Made by a program: the position numbers and the translations under genes. Source: Bythopirellula sp. (GTDB lineage Bacteria; Planctomycetota; Planctomycetia; Pirellulales; Lacipirellulaceae). Taken from it: a stretch of DNA of 64,000 bases. Below the pieces are notes generated by a model. The model searched no databases, was not told where the DNA came from, and saw nothing but the letters and a program-made list of their open reading frames with translations. Of the stretch, positions 47,256-57,204 are shown piece by piece (within the stretch, counting starts at the first letter, position 1; every line of letters begins with the position of its first letter). The stretch is from the NCBI GenBank assembly GCA_034439695.1, contig JAWXAV010000047.1, positions 248 through 64,247 of the forward strand, read 5' to 3'.

Positions 47256-47387
47256 GCTTTTCGATTCTTCCATTGAAGAACCGCCCTTTCTGCACTACAT
47301 TGCAGACTCTCGCGGGCGTTGGCTGGCTCTTTCTTGTTGAACTTATGGGGACACGGCGTTTCTCTCGAAACATCGTGCGATGAGTGG

Positions 47388-48320
47388 ATGGCACCGTTGT
47401 CGAAATTCACCGAGCATCTCCAGGCGTTTTGCGAAATCGCCATTCGCCTCGCCCAACACGAAGATGCCGACGCCCTGCTGTTTCTCCTCGAAAGTGCCCT
47501 CGATTGGAAAAAACTCCGCGAAATCACCGGCAAACAACACGTCTTGCTGGCCAGCGACCATCAGGAGCACCTCGTCGGAGCCGAGGATTTTGACTTCGAC
47601 ACCGTGCTGCTTAACATCCCCGATAGCCCCGTCTACGAGCGCCTGACCCAAGCGCTCTTGGAAAGCGTTGCCGACGACTTGCTCACGCCTGGTGCTTGCG
47701 TGGTGGCGCTCTACAGCGGCTTTGAAGTCGACACGATTGACTCGGTGAGCGTCATCAATCTCGACGAGCACTTGGGCCGTCTCACCGTGCATGACCTCCG
47801 CCAACTCGAAACCCGCGTGCCGCTCGACACGCTCAAGACCACCGTCGACTTGGCGGTCGACATCGGCCGCGAAGGCCGGGAAGGTAAGCCGGTCGGCACG
47901 CTGTTCGTTGTCGGCGACCACCGCAAAGTGCTCAAGCACTGCCACCCGCTTGGTTTTGACCCCGTGCGCGGTTACAGCGTTGAAGAACGCCGGTTGGAAG
48001 ATTCCAAGGTCCGCGAATCGGTGAAAGAAATCGCCCAGCTCGACGGAGCGTTCATCGTGTCTTCCGATGGCACGATTGTTGCCGCCTGTCAGTACATCTC
48101 TGCCCCCGCCGCCGAGATCACGCTCAGCAAAGGTCTGGGGGCCCGCCATTGGGCCGCCGCCGCGATCAGCCGCGCGACCGCCGCCGTCGCCATCACGGTG
48201 AGCGAATCCAACGGCACGGTCCGCCTCTTCCAAAACGGCGAAGTCATGCTCCGCATCGAACCCTTCCGCCGCGCGATGAAATGGAAAGATTTCGAGTACG
48301 ACCCGCCCGGCGAGCGGTGA
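47388..48320 (+). CDS. Diadenylate cyclase (DisA_N/DAC domain) with N-terminal extra domain, DacZ-like
   Basis: EGREGKPVGTLFVVGD, ELAQLDGA-type motif (EIAQLDGAFIV), GLGARHWAA, AITVSESNGTVR. No TM or HhH domain. Start uncertain. Confidence 0.8.
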   Translation: MAPLSKFTEHLQAFCEIAIRLAQHEDADALLFLLESALDWKKLREITGKQHVLLASDHQEHLVGAEDFDFDTVLLNIPDSPVYERLTQALLESVADDLLTPGACVVALYSGFEVDTIDSVSVINLDEHLGRLTVHDLRQLETRVPLDTLKTTVDLAVDIGREGREGKPVGTLFVVGDHRKVLKHCHPLGFDPVRGYSVEERRLEDSKVRESVKEIAQLDGAFIVSSDGTIVAACQYISAPAAEITLSKGLGARHWAAAAISRATAAVAITVSESNGTVRLFQNGEVMLRIEPFRRAMKWKDFEYDPPGER

Positions 48321-48446
48321 TTCGAATCGATTCTCTCCCGCTACAAGTGGCCAGCTTTTACAGCTTGGAATCTGCTTGCGTCTTTGCGGAAACCCGCGAA
48401 TTTCCACAACTTCCCTGGCAAACTCTTGCAATCCTAGCCACAATTA

Positions 48447-48458
48447 TTAGAGCGCTAA
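48447..48458. promoter_or_regulatory. Putative MarR/SlyA-type operator TTAG-N4-CTAA
   Basis: TTAGAGCGCTAA, 35 bp upstream of the marR start; same layout as the SlyA box TTAGCAAGCTAA. Confidence 0.5.
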
Positions 48459-48492
48459 CCGTTATCTCCTTTTCTATGAGAGGACAAGTGAC

Positions 48493-48948
48493 GTGCTGAA
48501 ATATGATTTTGAAGAAAGCCTCGGCTATTGGCTCACTTTGGCCCATCACGCCTACATCAGCGAGCTTAAGGATCGACTGGCTCCGCATGGGATCACGTTT
48601 CGTCAAGCCGAGATCCTGGGTTGGCTCGCGCTCGAAGGTCCCTTGCCTCAAGCTGATTTGGCCAGCCGCATGTTGATTGAACCTCCCAGCCTCGTGGGGA
48701 CTCTTGATCGCATGGAAGCGAGCGGACTCTTGGAGCGCAGAATCTGCCCCGAAGATCGCCGCAAGAATCTGGTGCATACGCTCCCCGCCGCGGAAGAGAT
48801 GTGGGAGAAAATTGCCACCTGCGCTCGCCATGTCCGCGCCCAAGCCATCGAAGGTCTCACCGACGACGAAGCCACGACCCTCAAGAAGCTGCTGGAAAAA
48901 GTTCGCGACAATTTTGTCGTACTGGCACCCGTGGAGAGCGTTTCATGA
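48493..48948 (+). CDS. MarR-family transcriptional regulator
   Basis: LDRMEASGLLERRICPEDRRKNLV wing motif. Confidence 0.9.
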   Translation: MLKYDFEESLGYWLTLAHHAYISELKDRLAPHGITFRQAEILGWLALEGPLPQADLASRMLIEPPSLVGTLDRMEASGLLERRICPEDRRKNLVHTLPAAEEMWEKIATCARHVRAQAIEGLTDDEATTLKKLLEKVRDNFVVLAPVESVS

Positions 48949-50225
48949 TGCGCCGCTTGAACTTCATCATCGTTCTCGCGTGGACCAGTGCCGCGCTGGA
49001 AGTTCTTGCGCAAGGCCCTCCCGACGGGCCACCGCCCCCCTCGCCGATTGTTGCCGCCACGGTGGTCGAGCAATCCGTCTCCGCCACGCAAACCTTCGTC
49101 GGCACGGTCATGCCGCTGCGCGTCGCCACGATTGGTAGTGCCGTCGCTGGCCGCGTGATTGAACGCCCCGTCGAAGAGGGAGATCGCGTCGAGAAGGATC
49201 AGAAAATCGCCCAACTCCTCACGAGCACGATTGCCCTCGAAGTCGCCGGCGCGGAAGGGGAACTTCAACTCCGTCAAGAACAATTGGCCGAACTCGAAAA
49301 CGGCAGCCGCCCCGAGGAAATCGCCCAAGCCGAGGCCCGTATGGCCGCCGCCGCGGCACGTCAAGAATTCCTCGACTCGCGTTATGCCCGCTTGCAAAAT
49401 TTGCTTAGCTCCCGCGGCGCTGTCACCGAGGAAGAAGTCGAGGAAGCGAAATCCCAAGCCATCGAAGCCCAGCAAATTTATCTGGAAATGAAGGCCGCCC
49501 ACGACCTCACCCTGGCGGGCCCGCGGCAAGAAACCATCGCCCAAGCCCGTGCGCAAGTCGCGATCCAGGAAGCCCTGGTCGAAAAACTCCGCGACCAACT
49601 GCAAAAGCACACCGTCTACTCGCGCTTTCCCGGCTATGTCACCCGGAAGCTCACCGAAGTGGGAGCCTGGGTCAATCCCGGTGACTCAATCGCCGAAGTC
49701 GCGGCTATCGACGAAGTCGACGTGCTCGTGCAAGTCGTCGAACGCTACATCTCCTATGTGCATACCGGTTCGGTGGTGCGTGTTGAAATCCCCGCGATCC
49801 CCGACCGACTGTTCACCGGCAAGGTCATCACGGCGATTCCCCAGGGCGATATTCGCGCCCGGACGTTCCCGGTGAAGATTCGCGTGTCAAACGAAATCAG
49901 TTCCGCCGACGGACCCCTGTTGAAGCCTGGCATGTACGCCCGCGCGGTGCTCCCGGTTGGCGAGCAAGTTATCGCCACGCTCGTTCCCAAGGACGCCATC
50001 GTGCTGGGTGGGCCACAACCGATGGTGGTGATCGTCAACGGTGCCGCCGAAACCGGACAAACCGGCACGCCGGCACCAGTCCCCGTGCAACTCGGCGTGG
50101 CCGAAGGGGAATGGATTCAAGTCACCGGCGGCGTGAAAGCCGGCCAACTGGTCATCGTGCAAGGCAACGAGCGCATCCGACCCGGACAAACCGTAACCGT
50201 CTCAAGCATCGTGGCGGCACCGTGA
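48945..50225 (+). CDS. RND efflux periplasmic adaptor subunit
   Basis: ATGA overlap with marR; IGSAVAGRV, VEEGDRVEKDQ, RTFPVKI, LKPGMYAR, VIVQGNERIRPG. Confidence 0.9.
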   Translation: MMRRLNFIIVLAWTSAALEVLAQGPPDGPPPPSPIVAATVVEQSVSATQTFVGTVMPLRVATIGSAVAGRVIERPVEEGDRVEKDQKIAQLLTSTIALEVAGAEGELQLRQEQLAELENGSRPEEIAQAEARMAAAAARQEFLDSRYARLQNLLSSRGAVTEEEVEEAKSQAIEAQQIYLEMKAAHDLTLAGPRQETIAQARAQVAIQEALVEKLRDQLQKHTVYSRFPGYVTRKLTEVGAWVNPGDSIAEVAAIDEVDVLVQVVERYISYVHTGSVVRVEIPAIPDRLFTGKVITAIPQGDIRARTFPVKIRVSNEISSADGPLLKPGMYARAVLPVGEQVIATLVPKDAIVLGGPQPMVVIVNGAAETGQTGTPAPVPVQLGVAEGEWIQVTGGVKAGQLVIVQGNERIRPGQTVTVSSIVAAP

Positions 50226-50240
50226 AAACAAATTCGTTAT

Positions 50241-50309
50241 TTAGCCCCGCCGCTTGCGGCGGGTCTGTGTGAACGTGAAGTGCATCGCGGAGCAAGCTCC
50301 GCGGCTAAA
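50241..50309. repeat. Inverted pair of TTAGCC-led REP hairpins
   Basis: ttagccccgccgcttgcggcggg ... cgcggagcaagctccgcggctaa. Confidence 0.75.
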
Positions 50310-50326
50310 TATTCAAGAGTTCTCCC

Positions 50327-53300
50327 ATGCAGTTAGTCGAAGTCTTCGTCCGCAATCCCATCAAAGTCACCGTCGGCGCACTGCTGACGGTGCTCTTCGG
50401 TTCGATTGCGCTCATGCGGATGCCGCTGCAACTCACCCCCGAGGTCGAAACACCGACCATCACCATCACCACCGTTTGGCCCGGCGCGAGTCCCCAGGAA
50501 ATCGAGCAAGAGATCATCGTCGAGCAGGAAGAACAACTGCAAGGGGTCGAGGGTTCGCGCAAGCTTTCGTCCGAAAGTTCCGACTCCGCAGGTGTGATCA
50601 CCATTGAGTTCAACGTCGGCACGAACATGGATCAGGCGTTGCTTAGGGTGAACAGCCGTTTGAACCAGGTGCCCCAGTATCCGGAAAATGTCGACCAACC
50701 AGTGATCACCACCGCCAATTCGGCGAACCAGCCGATTGCCTGGTTCATTTTGGGCACACTGGCCCCGTCACGCGAGAAGATCGAAGCCTTTGCCAACGAA
50801 CATCCGAACATCAAGGATGAGCTCCTCAAGTGCGCGCAAACCGACAATCCCGGTTTGAAATCGCTGCGTCTACGCAAGTTGGCTGCGGAACACCCCGAAG
50901 TGGCCTTCCTCTTGCCCCCTCCCGACCTAGACGTCACCAAGCTTCGCCGCTTTGCCGAGGATGAGATCGAAGCCCGCTTCGAGCGCGTCGCCGGCATCTC
51001 TCAAGCGAACGTGCTTGGCGGTTTGGAAGATGAATTGCAGGTAATCGTCGATCCCGAAAAGCTCGCCGCTCGCCAACTCACGGTCGCCCAAGTTCGCGAC
51101 GTGCTGCGTGGCCAAAACAAAGACACCTCCGCCGGCGATTTTTATGAAGGCAAACGCCGCTGGGTGGTCCGCGCCCTGGGTGAATTCCGCACCCCCGAAC
51201 AAGTCGAAAACCAACTCCTCGCCGTCCGCGACGGTGCCCCCGTGTTCGTCCGCGACGTGGCCACCGTGAGCGTCGGCTACAAAAAGCCCGACGGAGTGGT
51301 CCGCCGCTACGGCGATTCCAACATCGCGATCAATACGATCCGCGAATCCGACGCCAACGTGCTCGACATCATGGCCGAGCTGCGCGTGGCCACCGCGCAA
51401 CTCAATCGTGAAATCCTGAATCCCAAGGGTTTGATGCTCAGCCAGGTCTACGATGAGACCGAATACATCAACTCCTCCATCGGCTTGGTGATCGAAAACA
51501 TCTTCGTCGGCGGTGCCCTGACGATGATTATTCTGATGCTCTTTCTGCATCTCGGTTGGGTCACCCTCATCATGTCGGTGCCCATTCTGCTCACCGCGCT
51601 GGCGGCCGTCTACATTTCACCTTGGTTCTTCGCGGTCACCGTCGGTCTCATCATCGGCGTCGGCTTCCTCTCCGCCCGCGGAGCCTTGGTCGTCGGCCTT
51701 TCAATCCCCATGAGCATCGTCGGCACCTTTTTGGTAATGGACCTCTTGGGCCGTTCGCTCAACGTGATCAGCCTCGCCGGCCTCGCGTTCGCCATCGGCA
51801 TGTTGATCGACAATGCCGTGGTTGTGCTCGAAAACATCTACCGCCGTTACTCACTCGGTGAGTCCCCCGTGCAGTCGGCGGTCCGCGGCACGCAAGAAGT
51901 CTGGGGCGCGATCATCGCCTCGTCGCTCACCAACATCGCGGTATTCCTCCCCGTGCTGTTCATCGAAGATCAGGCCGGCCAACTGTTCCGCGACATCGCG
52001 CTCGCCATCAGCGCGGCCTTGGCCTTGTCGGTCGTGATCGCCGCCACCGTCATCCCCGCCGCTTCGGCGCGATTGTTCCGCAGCAATCAAAAGCTCACCG
52101 GCTTCGACGACGTTCCCCATCCCACTCCGGCGGCTCCCACCAAACGCTCCGTATTCGTGCGGTCGGTGATGGGCCTCGGTGGATTGTTCAACGACAGCGT
52201 CGTCGGTCTCAATCGCTTCGTGCTGCGAAGCACGTTCAGGCAGTGGGCCACCATCATCGTGATGGTCGCCGCGAGCGCGCTCGTCAGTTGGGCCCTCTGG
52301 CCCAAGTCCGAATATCTCCCCAGCGGCAATCGCAACCTCGTCTTCGGCATCATCATCCCCCCGCCCGGGTACAATCTCGATCAATTGATGTCGCTCGGTC
52401 AGATCGTCGAAGATGAACTGCGGCCCTATTGGGATGTCGACGAAAGCACTGATCTCACAAAACTCCCATTCCCCGCGATTGAAGATTTCTTCTTCGTTGT
52501 GCGGGGGCGATCCGTGTTCCTGGGTCTGCGAGCGAAAGATCCGTTGCGCGCCGGTGAGTTCGTGCCGCTCTTGTTTGGCCTGGGAAGCAAGCTCCCGGGG
52601 GCGATTGCCGTCGCTCAGCAATCAAGTCTCTTCGAGCAAGGCCTCGCCGCGGGCCGCACCATCGACGTGGAAATCACCGGCCCCGAGATTGAAAAACTCG
52701 TGCAACTCGGTGGGCAAATCTTTGGTCAGGTCATGACCACCATGCCCGGCGTGCAAGCCCGTCCCTTGCCAAGTCTCGACCTCTCCAGCCCCGAACTCCA
52801 TGTTGTCCCCAAACTGCTCCAAGCCGCCGAAATGCAGATGAGCTCCGCGGAACTCGGCTTCACGGTCGACGCGCTCGTTGATGGGGCTTATGTCAGCGAC
52901 TACTTTCTCGAAGGCAAGAAAATCGACCTCACCGTCATGGGCGAGGAACAATACGCCGACCAAACCCAACTCGTCGGCGCGGTTCCCATCGCCACCTCAC
53001 TCGGGCAACTTGTCCCCCTCAACGCGCTCGCCGACGTCACTATGGCCAGTGGCCCCGAACAAATCAACCACCGCGAACGCACGCGCGCGATCACCATCGC
53101 CGTCACCCCGCCCCCAGCGATGGCGCTCGAAGAAGCCATGAGCTTTATCGAATCCACCATGGTCCAGCCCCTCCGTGATGGCGGGCAACTCGACGGCGGC
53201 TACCGCATCGCGCTCGCCGGCACCGCCGATAAGCTCCGTGAAACTTGGCTCTCGCTCCGCTCGAACGTGTTGATCGCGCTCTTAATCACATACCTCTTAA

Positions 53301-53884
53301 TGGCCGCGCTGTTTGAATCGTGGCTTTATCCGTTCGTGATTATTTTGAGCGTGCCCTTGGGCGCGGTCGGCGGCATTCTGGGCCTGACGCTCCTCAATTT
53401 CTTCGTGCTCCAGCCGCTCGACGTGCTCACCATGCTCGGCTTTATCATTTTGATTGGCACGGTCGTGAACAATCCGATTCTCATCGTCCACCAAGCGCTC
53501 AACCACATGCGCGAAGACCGCATGAACCCCACCGACGCGGTCCTCGAAAGCGTTCGTACCCGCATCCGCCCAATCTTCATGACCACCATCACCACCGTCC
53601 TCGGCCTGTTACCGCTGGTAGTGTTCCCCGGTGCGGGCAGCGAACTCTATCGCGGCCTGGGGAGTGTGCTGCTGGGCGGCCTGCTTTCCTCGACTTTCTT
53701 CACGCTGATTTTCGTGCCGGTGCTGTTTATCCTGAGCCTCAACGTCAAGCACGCGATCTTCGGCCAAGGATCCGACCTTCACGGCGACGAAGACCTCGAT
53801 CAGCCCTCGCAAACTCACATTCAAGCTCCTACCTCGCTCAATGGCGGCGCACAAAAAACGCGCGGTCATGCCATCCCGACATAA
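50327..53884 (+). CDS. RND efflux permease (AcrB/AcrD/AcrF family)
   Basis: FVRNPI, WPGASPQEIE, GMLIDNAVVVLENI, AALFES, RIRPIFMTT, LGLLPL. Confidence 0.93.
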   Translation: MQLVEVFVRNPIKVTVGALLTVLFGSIALMRMPLQLTPEVETPTITITTVWPGASPQEIEQEIIVEQEEQLQGVEGSRKLSSESSDSAGVITIEFNVGTNMDQALLRVNSRLNQVPQYPENVDQPVITTANSANQPIAWFILGTLAPSREKIEAFANEHPNIKDELLKCAQTDNPGLKSLRLRKLAAEHPEVAFLLPPPDLDVTKLRRFAEDEIEARFERVAGISQANVLGGLEDELQVIVDPEKLAARQLTVAQVRDVLRGQNKDTSAGDFYEGKRRWVVRALGEFRTPEQVENQLLAVRDGAPVFVRDVATVSVGYKKPDGVVRRYGDSNIAINTIRESDANVLDIMAELRVATAQLNREILNPKGLMLSQVYDETEYINSSIGLVIENIFVGGALTMIILMLFLHLGWVTLIMSVPILLTALAAVYISPWFFAVTVGLIIGVGFLSARGALVVGLSIPMSIVGTFLVMDLLGRSLNVISLAGLAFAIGMLIDNAVVVLENIYRRYSLGESPVQSAVRGTQEVWGAIIASSLTNIAVFLPVLFIEDQAGQLFRDIALAISAALALSVVIAATVIPAASARLFRSNQKLTGFDDVPHPTPAAPTKRSVFVRSVMGLGGLFNDSVVGLNRFVLRSTFRQWATIIVMVAASALVSWALWPKSEYLPSGNRNLVFGIIIPPPGYNLDQLMSLGQIVEDELRPYWDVDESTDLTKLPFPAIEDFFFVVRGRSVFLGLRAKDPLRAGEFVPLLFGLGSKLPGAIAVAQQSSLFEQGLAAGRTIDVEITGPEIEKLVQLGGQIFGQVMTTMPGVQARPLPSLDLSSPELHVVPKLLQAAEMQMSSAELGFTVDALVDGAYVSDYFLEGKKIDLTVMGEEQYADQTQLVGAVPIATSLGQLVPLNALADVTMASGPEQINHRERTRAITIAVTPPPAMALEEAMSFIESTMVQPLRDGGQLDGGYRIALAGTADKLRETWLSLRSNVLIALLITYLLMAALFESWLYPFVIILSVPLGAVGGILGLTLLNFFVLQPLDVLTMLGFIILIGTVVNNPILIVHQALNHMREDRMNPTDAVLESVRTRIRPIFMTTITTVLGLLPLVVFPGAGSELYRGLGSVLLGGLLSSTFFTLIFVPVLFILSLNVKHAIFGQGSDLHGDEDLDQPSQTHIQAPTSLNGGAQKTRGHAIPT

Positions 53885-53944
53885 CCACGCGCCGTCACCA
53901 GGACTCGGACTGCTCGCTTCAGCGACCAGTAATTATTTCTCAGC

Positions 53945-54712
53945 CTACCTCATCGACAACGTATCACTCGGCACCACCTGTGACATCACCACCGGCGTGT
54001 AACGTAGGCCTTTGAGCAACCGCTCGACCGCGCTGTATTCCGCTTTCACCGAGGGCAGGCTCTTGGCCACGTGAGCTTCAAAATCAGCGCGCACTTGGCG
54101 GCGGAAATCGTTGCACAACTTGTTCAATTGCTGACGATCCGCGGCAGTCGCCGCCGCGCCGTCCCGCAGCATATCGGCCATCAACTGGTTCAAGGCCACG
54201 CGGTACTCAGCATAACGCGGCCCCGCCACCAACGCCGGCCAGTAAACCGTGCCCGTGCTGAAATCAACTTCATTCTCCGAGAGCGGATACTCAAGCGCTG
54301 CCCGCAAATCTTGCCGCGACTGGCTCAACTGCTTGAGCTGGTGCAACTCTTCCCGGCGCACGATGCGGTTGACCCGCTCTTGATGGTTGTAGTCGGTGAT
54401 CATGTTTTTCCACTCGAAGTGAGTTTTTCCCAAATTGATAAAGTTGTCCAGCCGCATCGAGTACGCCTGTTCCCGCAGAATCTCGGCTTGGGCATCGAGC
54501 AAGTTGAAATCGCCCTGAGCACGGGTCAAAGCGGCCTGCCCGCGCAGCACGCCTTCCTGATAGGTCGACGAATGGCGATGGGGTGCCTCGGGAGGCGAAA
54601 ACGCAAACGATGCTTGTGGATCACGGTCGATCCAGGCGCTGGTTTCGGCTTGGCTTGTGGTTGTGAACAAAATCGCGACGACGGCGGCGAGCATGGGGAG
54701 TGTGCTACGCAT
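53945..54712 (-). CDS. Secreted hypothetical helical protein
   Basis: AGGAGA RBS, ATG 54712, signal peptide; HSSTYQEGVLRG, GTVYWPAL. Confidence 0.75.
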   Translation of the reverse strand: MRSTLPMLAAVVAILFTTTSQAETSAWIDRDPQASFAFSPPEAPHRHSSTYQEGVLRGQAALTRAQGDFNLLDAQAEILREQAYSMRLDNFINLGKTHFEWKNMITDYNHQERVNRIVRREELHQLKQLSQSRQDLRAALEYPLSENEVDFSTGTVYWPALVAGPRYAEYRVALNQLMADMLRDGAAATAADRQQLNKLCNDFRRQVRADFEAHVAKSLPSVKAEYSAVERLLKGLRYTPVVMSQVVPSDTLSMR

Positions 54713-54864
54713 GACTGGGTCTCCTATGTGTGGGTGAGGAAGTTGTTGAATTGGCGACTCACCCTTACAAGCGAAAACCGCCGCCCAAACGGACAGAAAA
54801 TTCTCAAAAAATTTCCTCGCCCTCAAAAAAATGGCCGAAAACCGCCAAAAAACGTCACGCCCAT

Positions 54865-54912
54865 TTAGCCCCGGGTGATTTTGAAAGTCCTGCTTTCAAA
54901 TACACCCGGGGG
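54865..54912. repeat. TTAGCC-led long hairpin
   Basis: ttag ccccgggtg attttgaaag tcctg ctttcaaa tacacccgggg. Confidence 0.6.
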
Positions 54913-55013
54913 TGCCCGGGGCCGCCCTGGTTCCACCTTTGCCCCCCACCCCACACCCCCTACCATAAATTGCAACACATTTCCCAATTCATCGCTAATA
55001 ATATTAATAGGCC

Positions 55014-56060
55014 ATGTCCCACTTCATCCGAACCAATCTTTCCGTACCCATCACCCTCATGCTGCTGTTCATCGGAATCTCGACAAGCACCGCCAGTCGC
55101 GCCGCGGAAACCGACGCAACACCGCTGGTGATCGCCCATCGCGGCGCGAGCGGCTACCTCCCCGAACACACCCTGCCAGCGGTCGCGCTGGCCCACGGCC
55201 TCGGTGCCGACTTCATCGAGCAAGATATTCTCCTCTCGAAAGATAACGAGCCGATCGTCATCCACGATCGCTTCCTCGACTACGTCACCAACGTCGCGCA
55301 AGTTTTCCCCAACCGCAAGCGCTCCGACGGTCATTACTACGTCGCCGATTTCACGCTCGTCGAGCTCCGCAACTTACGTGTCCACGAACGCACCAACCCT
55401 GCCACCTCCCGGCTGCAATTCCCCGCGCGATTCCCCCTCGACAAGGGCAACTTTACCCTCGCCACGCTAGCCGAACATATCGAACTCATTCAAGGCCTCA
55501 ACCACACCACTGGCCGCAACGTCGGCCTGCTCGTTGAAATCAAAGACCCGGCCTGGCAACGTGAACAAGGCCAAGACCCCAGCCGGGTCGTGCTGGAGAC
55601 GCTAAAGAAGTACGACTACAAGACGCGCGACGATAACGCCATCCTCCAATGCTTCGATGTTAACGAAGTCCGCCGACTCCGCACGGAACTGCACACCGAT
55701 CTGCGGCTCATTCAACTCATGAACGAGCAAACACTGAAGTTACCCGCCGACGCCGGTCGCGCACAACTCATCGCCGCGCTTGAAAAAATCGCCACCCACG
55801 CCGACGGCATCGGCCCGTCGCTCGAAATGCTCCTTACCAAAAGCCGCATCCCCGATGACCCCCAAATCACCGACCTCATCGATCTCGCCCACGACGCGGG
55901 CCTCGAAGTCTATTGCTACACCTTCCGCAGCGAGACCGTCCCTCCACAATTCGCCACCTTCGCCGAACTCGTGGAAGCCTTCACCGCCGCCGGCCTCGAC
56001 GGCTTCATCACCGACTACGCCGACAAAGTCCGCGAACATCTCCCCGCCCCAGTGCGCTAA
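55014..56060 (+). CDS. glpQ: Glycerophosphodiester phosphodiesterase
   Basis: VIAHRGASGYLPEHT, IEQD, VIHD, VEIK, YTFR, GFITDY. Confidence 0.9.
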   Translation: MSHFIRTNLSVPITLMLLFIGISTSTASRAAETDATPLVIAHRGASGYLPEHTLPAVALAHGLGADFIEQDILLSKDNEPIVIHDRFLDYVTNVAQVFPNRKRSDGHYYVADFTLVELRNLRVHERTNPATSRLQFPARFPLDKGNFTLATLAEHIELIQGLNHTTGRNVGLLVEIKDPAWQREQGQDPSRVVLETLKKYDYKTRDDNAILQCFDVNEVRRLRTELHTDLRLIQLMNEQTLKLPADAGRAQLIAALEKIATHADGIGPSLEMLLTKSRIPDDPQITDLIDLAHDAGLEVYCYTFRSETVPPQFATFAELVEAFTAAGLDGFITDYADKVREHLPAPVR

Positions 56061-56737
56061 ATCTCCTGCCCCGATCCGCATTCAGCCCATCATTCCCGCA
56101 CCACTTGGCCACCCTTGCCAAGTTCATAGTCGAGCTTCTTGTTTTGGCCCGTAAACGCCTTCGATTGGCTTCTGCGCAATGCCATTCATGACTTTCGGCT
56201 CGGGAATTTTGCTCCGGAAACACGAAACTCGATTTTAGGTGACAAAATTAAACCCTTTTGACCGTATGGACTTTCGCCCCGCACGAGAAAACTCGAACGA
56301 TCCGAATTTTGCAGGTAACTAAACCCAGTGGGTTATGTTCCTGAGCGATTCCCATGTGGTCCGTCCGCCTCTTGAGTTTTGTCACTTTCAGAACTCGCCT
56401 CGTCCTGCGATTGCCGTCGTTCGAGTGCGAACGAGGGACCAAAACTCCAACCCCTTGTGGAACGGTGGTTGAGACCCCAAAGTGACAAAACTCGTTGGTG
56501 CCAAAAATTCAAATTGTCAAAGAACGCGCCGCAGTATTTCATGGCGTGAGTGCACGCGTGACAGCTCCCATTATCGCGATTGATGAGGCCACCGCCACAA
56601 CGATTTTTGGCCGCGCACGGGAATTGAACCACTGAGACTCGGCGGGCACGGAGTGGCTTGATAATTTGACATTTCCGCGAAGGCGGGAATTGGCCACGAA
56701 AAGGCCCAGCGCGGCCTCTGGCCACAACCAAAATTCA

Positions 56738-56813
56738 TTGAACAGGAATAAACAGAGGGAGCAGAGGCAATTTCTGGATAGTAGCTTTGCTTCCTCTGTT
56801 AACTCCTGTTCAA
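56738..56813. repeat. AACAG(G/A) tandem-unit inverted element
   Basis: ttgaacaggaataaacagagggagcagagg ... cttcctctgttaactcctgttcaa. Confidence 0.75.
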
Positions 56814-57204
56814 AAAGTTGCGCACCTTGCGAAAACTTGAACCGTTTGTAGCAGGAAAGGACACAAAAGTATCGGGGTAGGTCAGTGCCCTGCCTGACAC
56901 CCTGAAGAGTTCAAAAGTCAGTCTCTGCACGGTGGAGCCTGACCCCGGACTAGGCGATTCTGGGGCATATGCGCGCTGGATCTGCTGGCTCATGGAGTTT
57001 TTTTTGTTTTCCGCAGTAATTTGTTACCCGCGGACATGGCCGGCAGCTATAGTCAACACTGCCATCTCTACCCAGGCTTGGTCGCCCCTTCTCTTCAAGT
57101 TTGCGACGGCAAGCGAATGCGATCGCTGGTCGATTTGGTCCGGCACAACCGTATCGGTCATAACTTCGCGATCGCCTTGGCGAGTTTTACATAGGATTGT
57201 CCTC

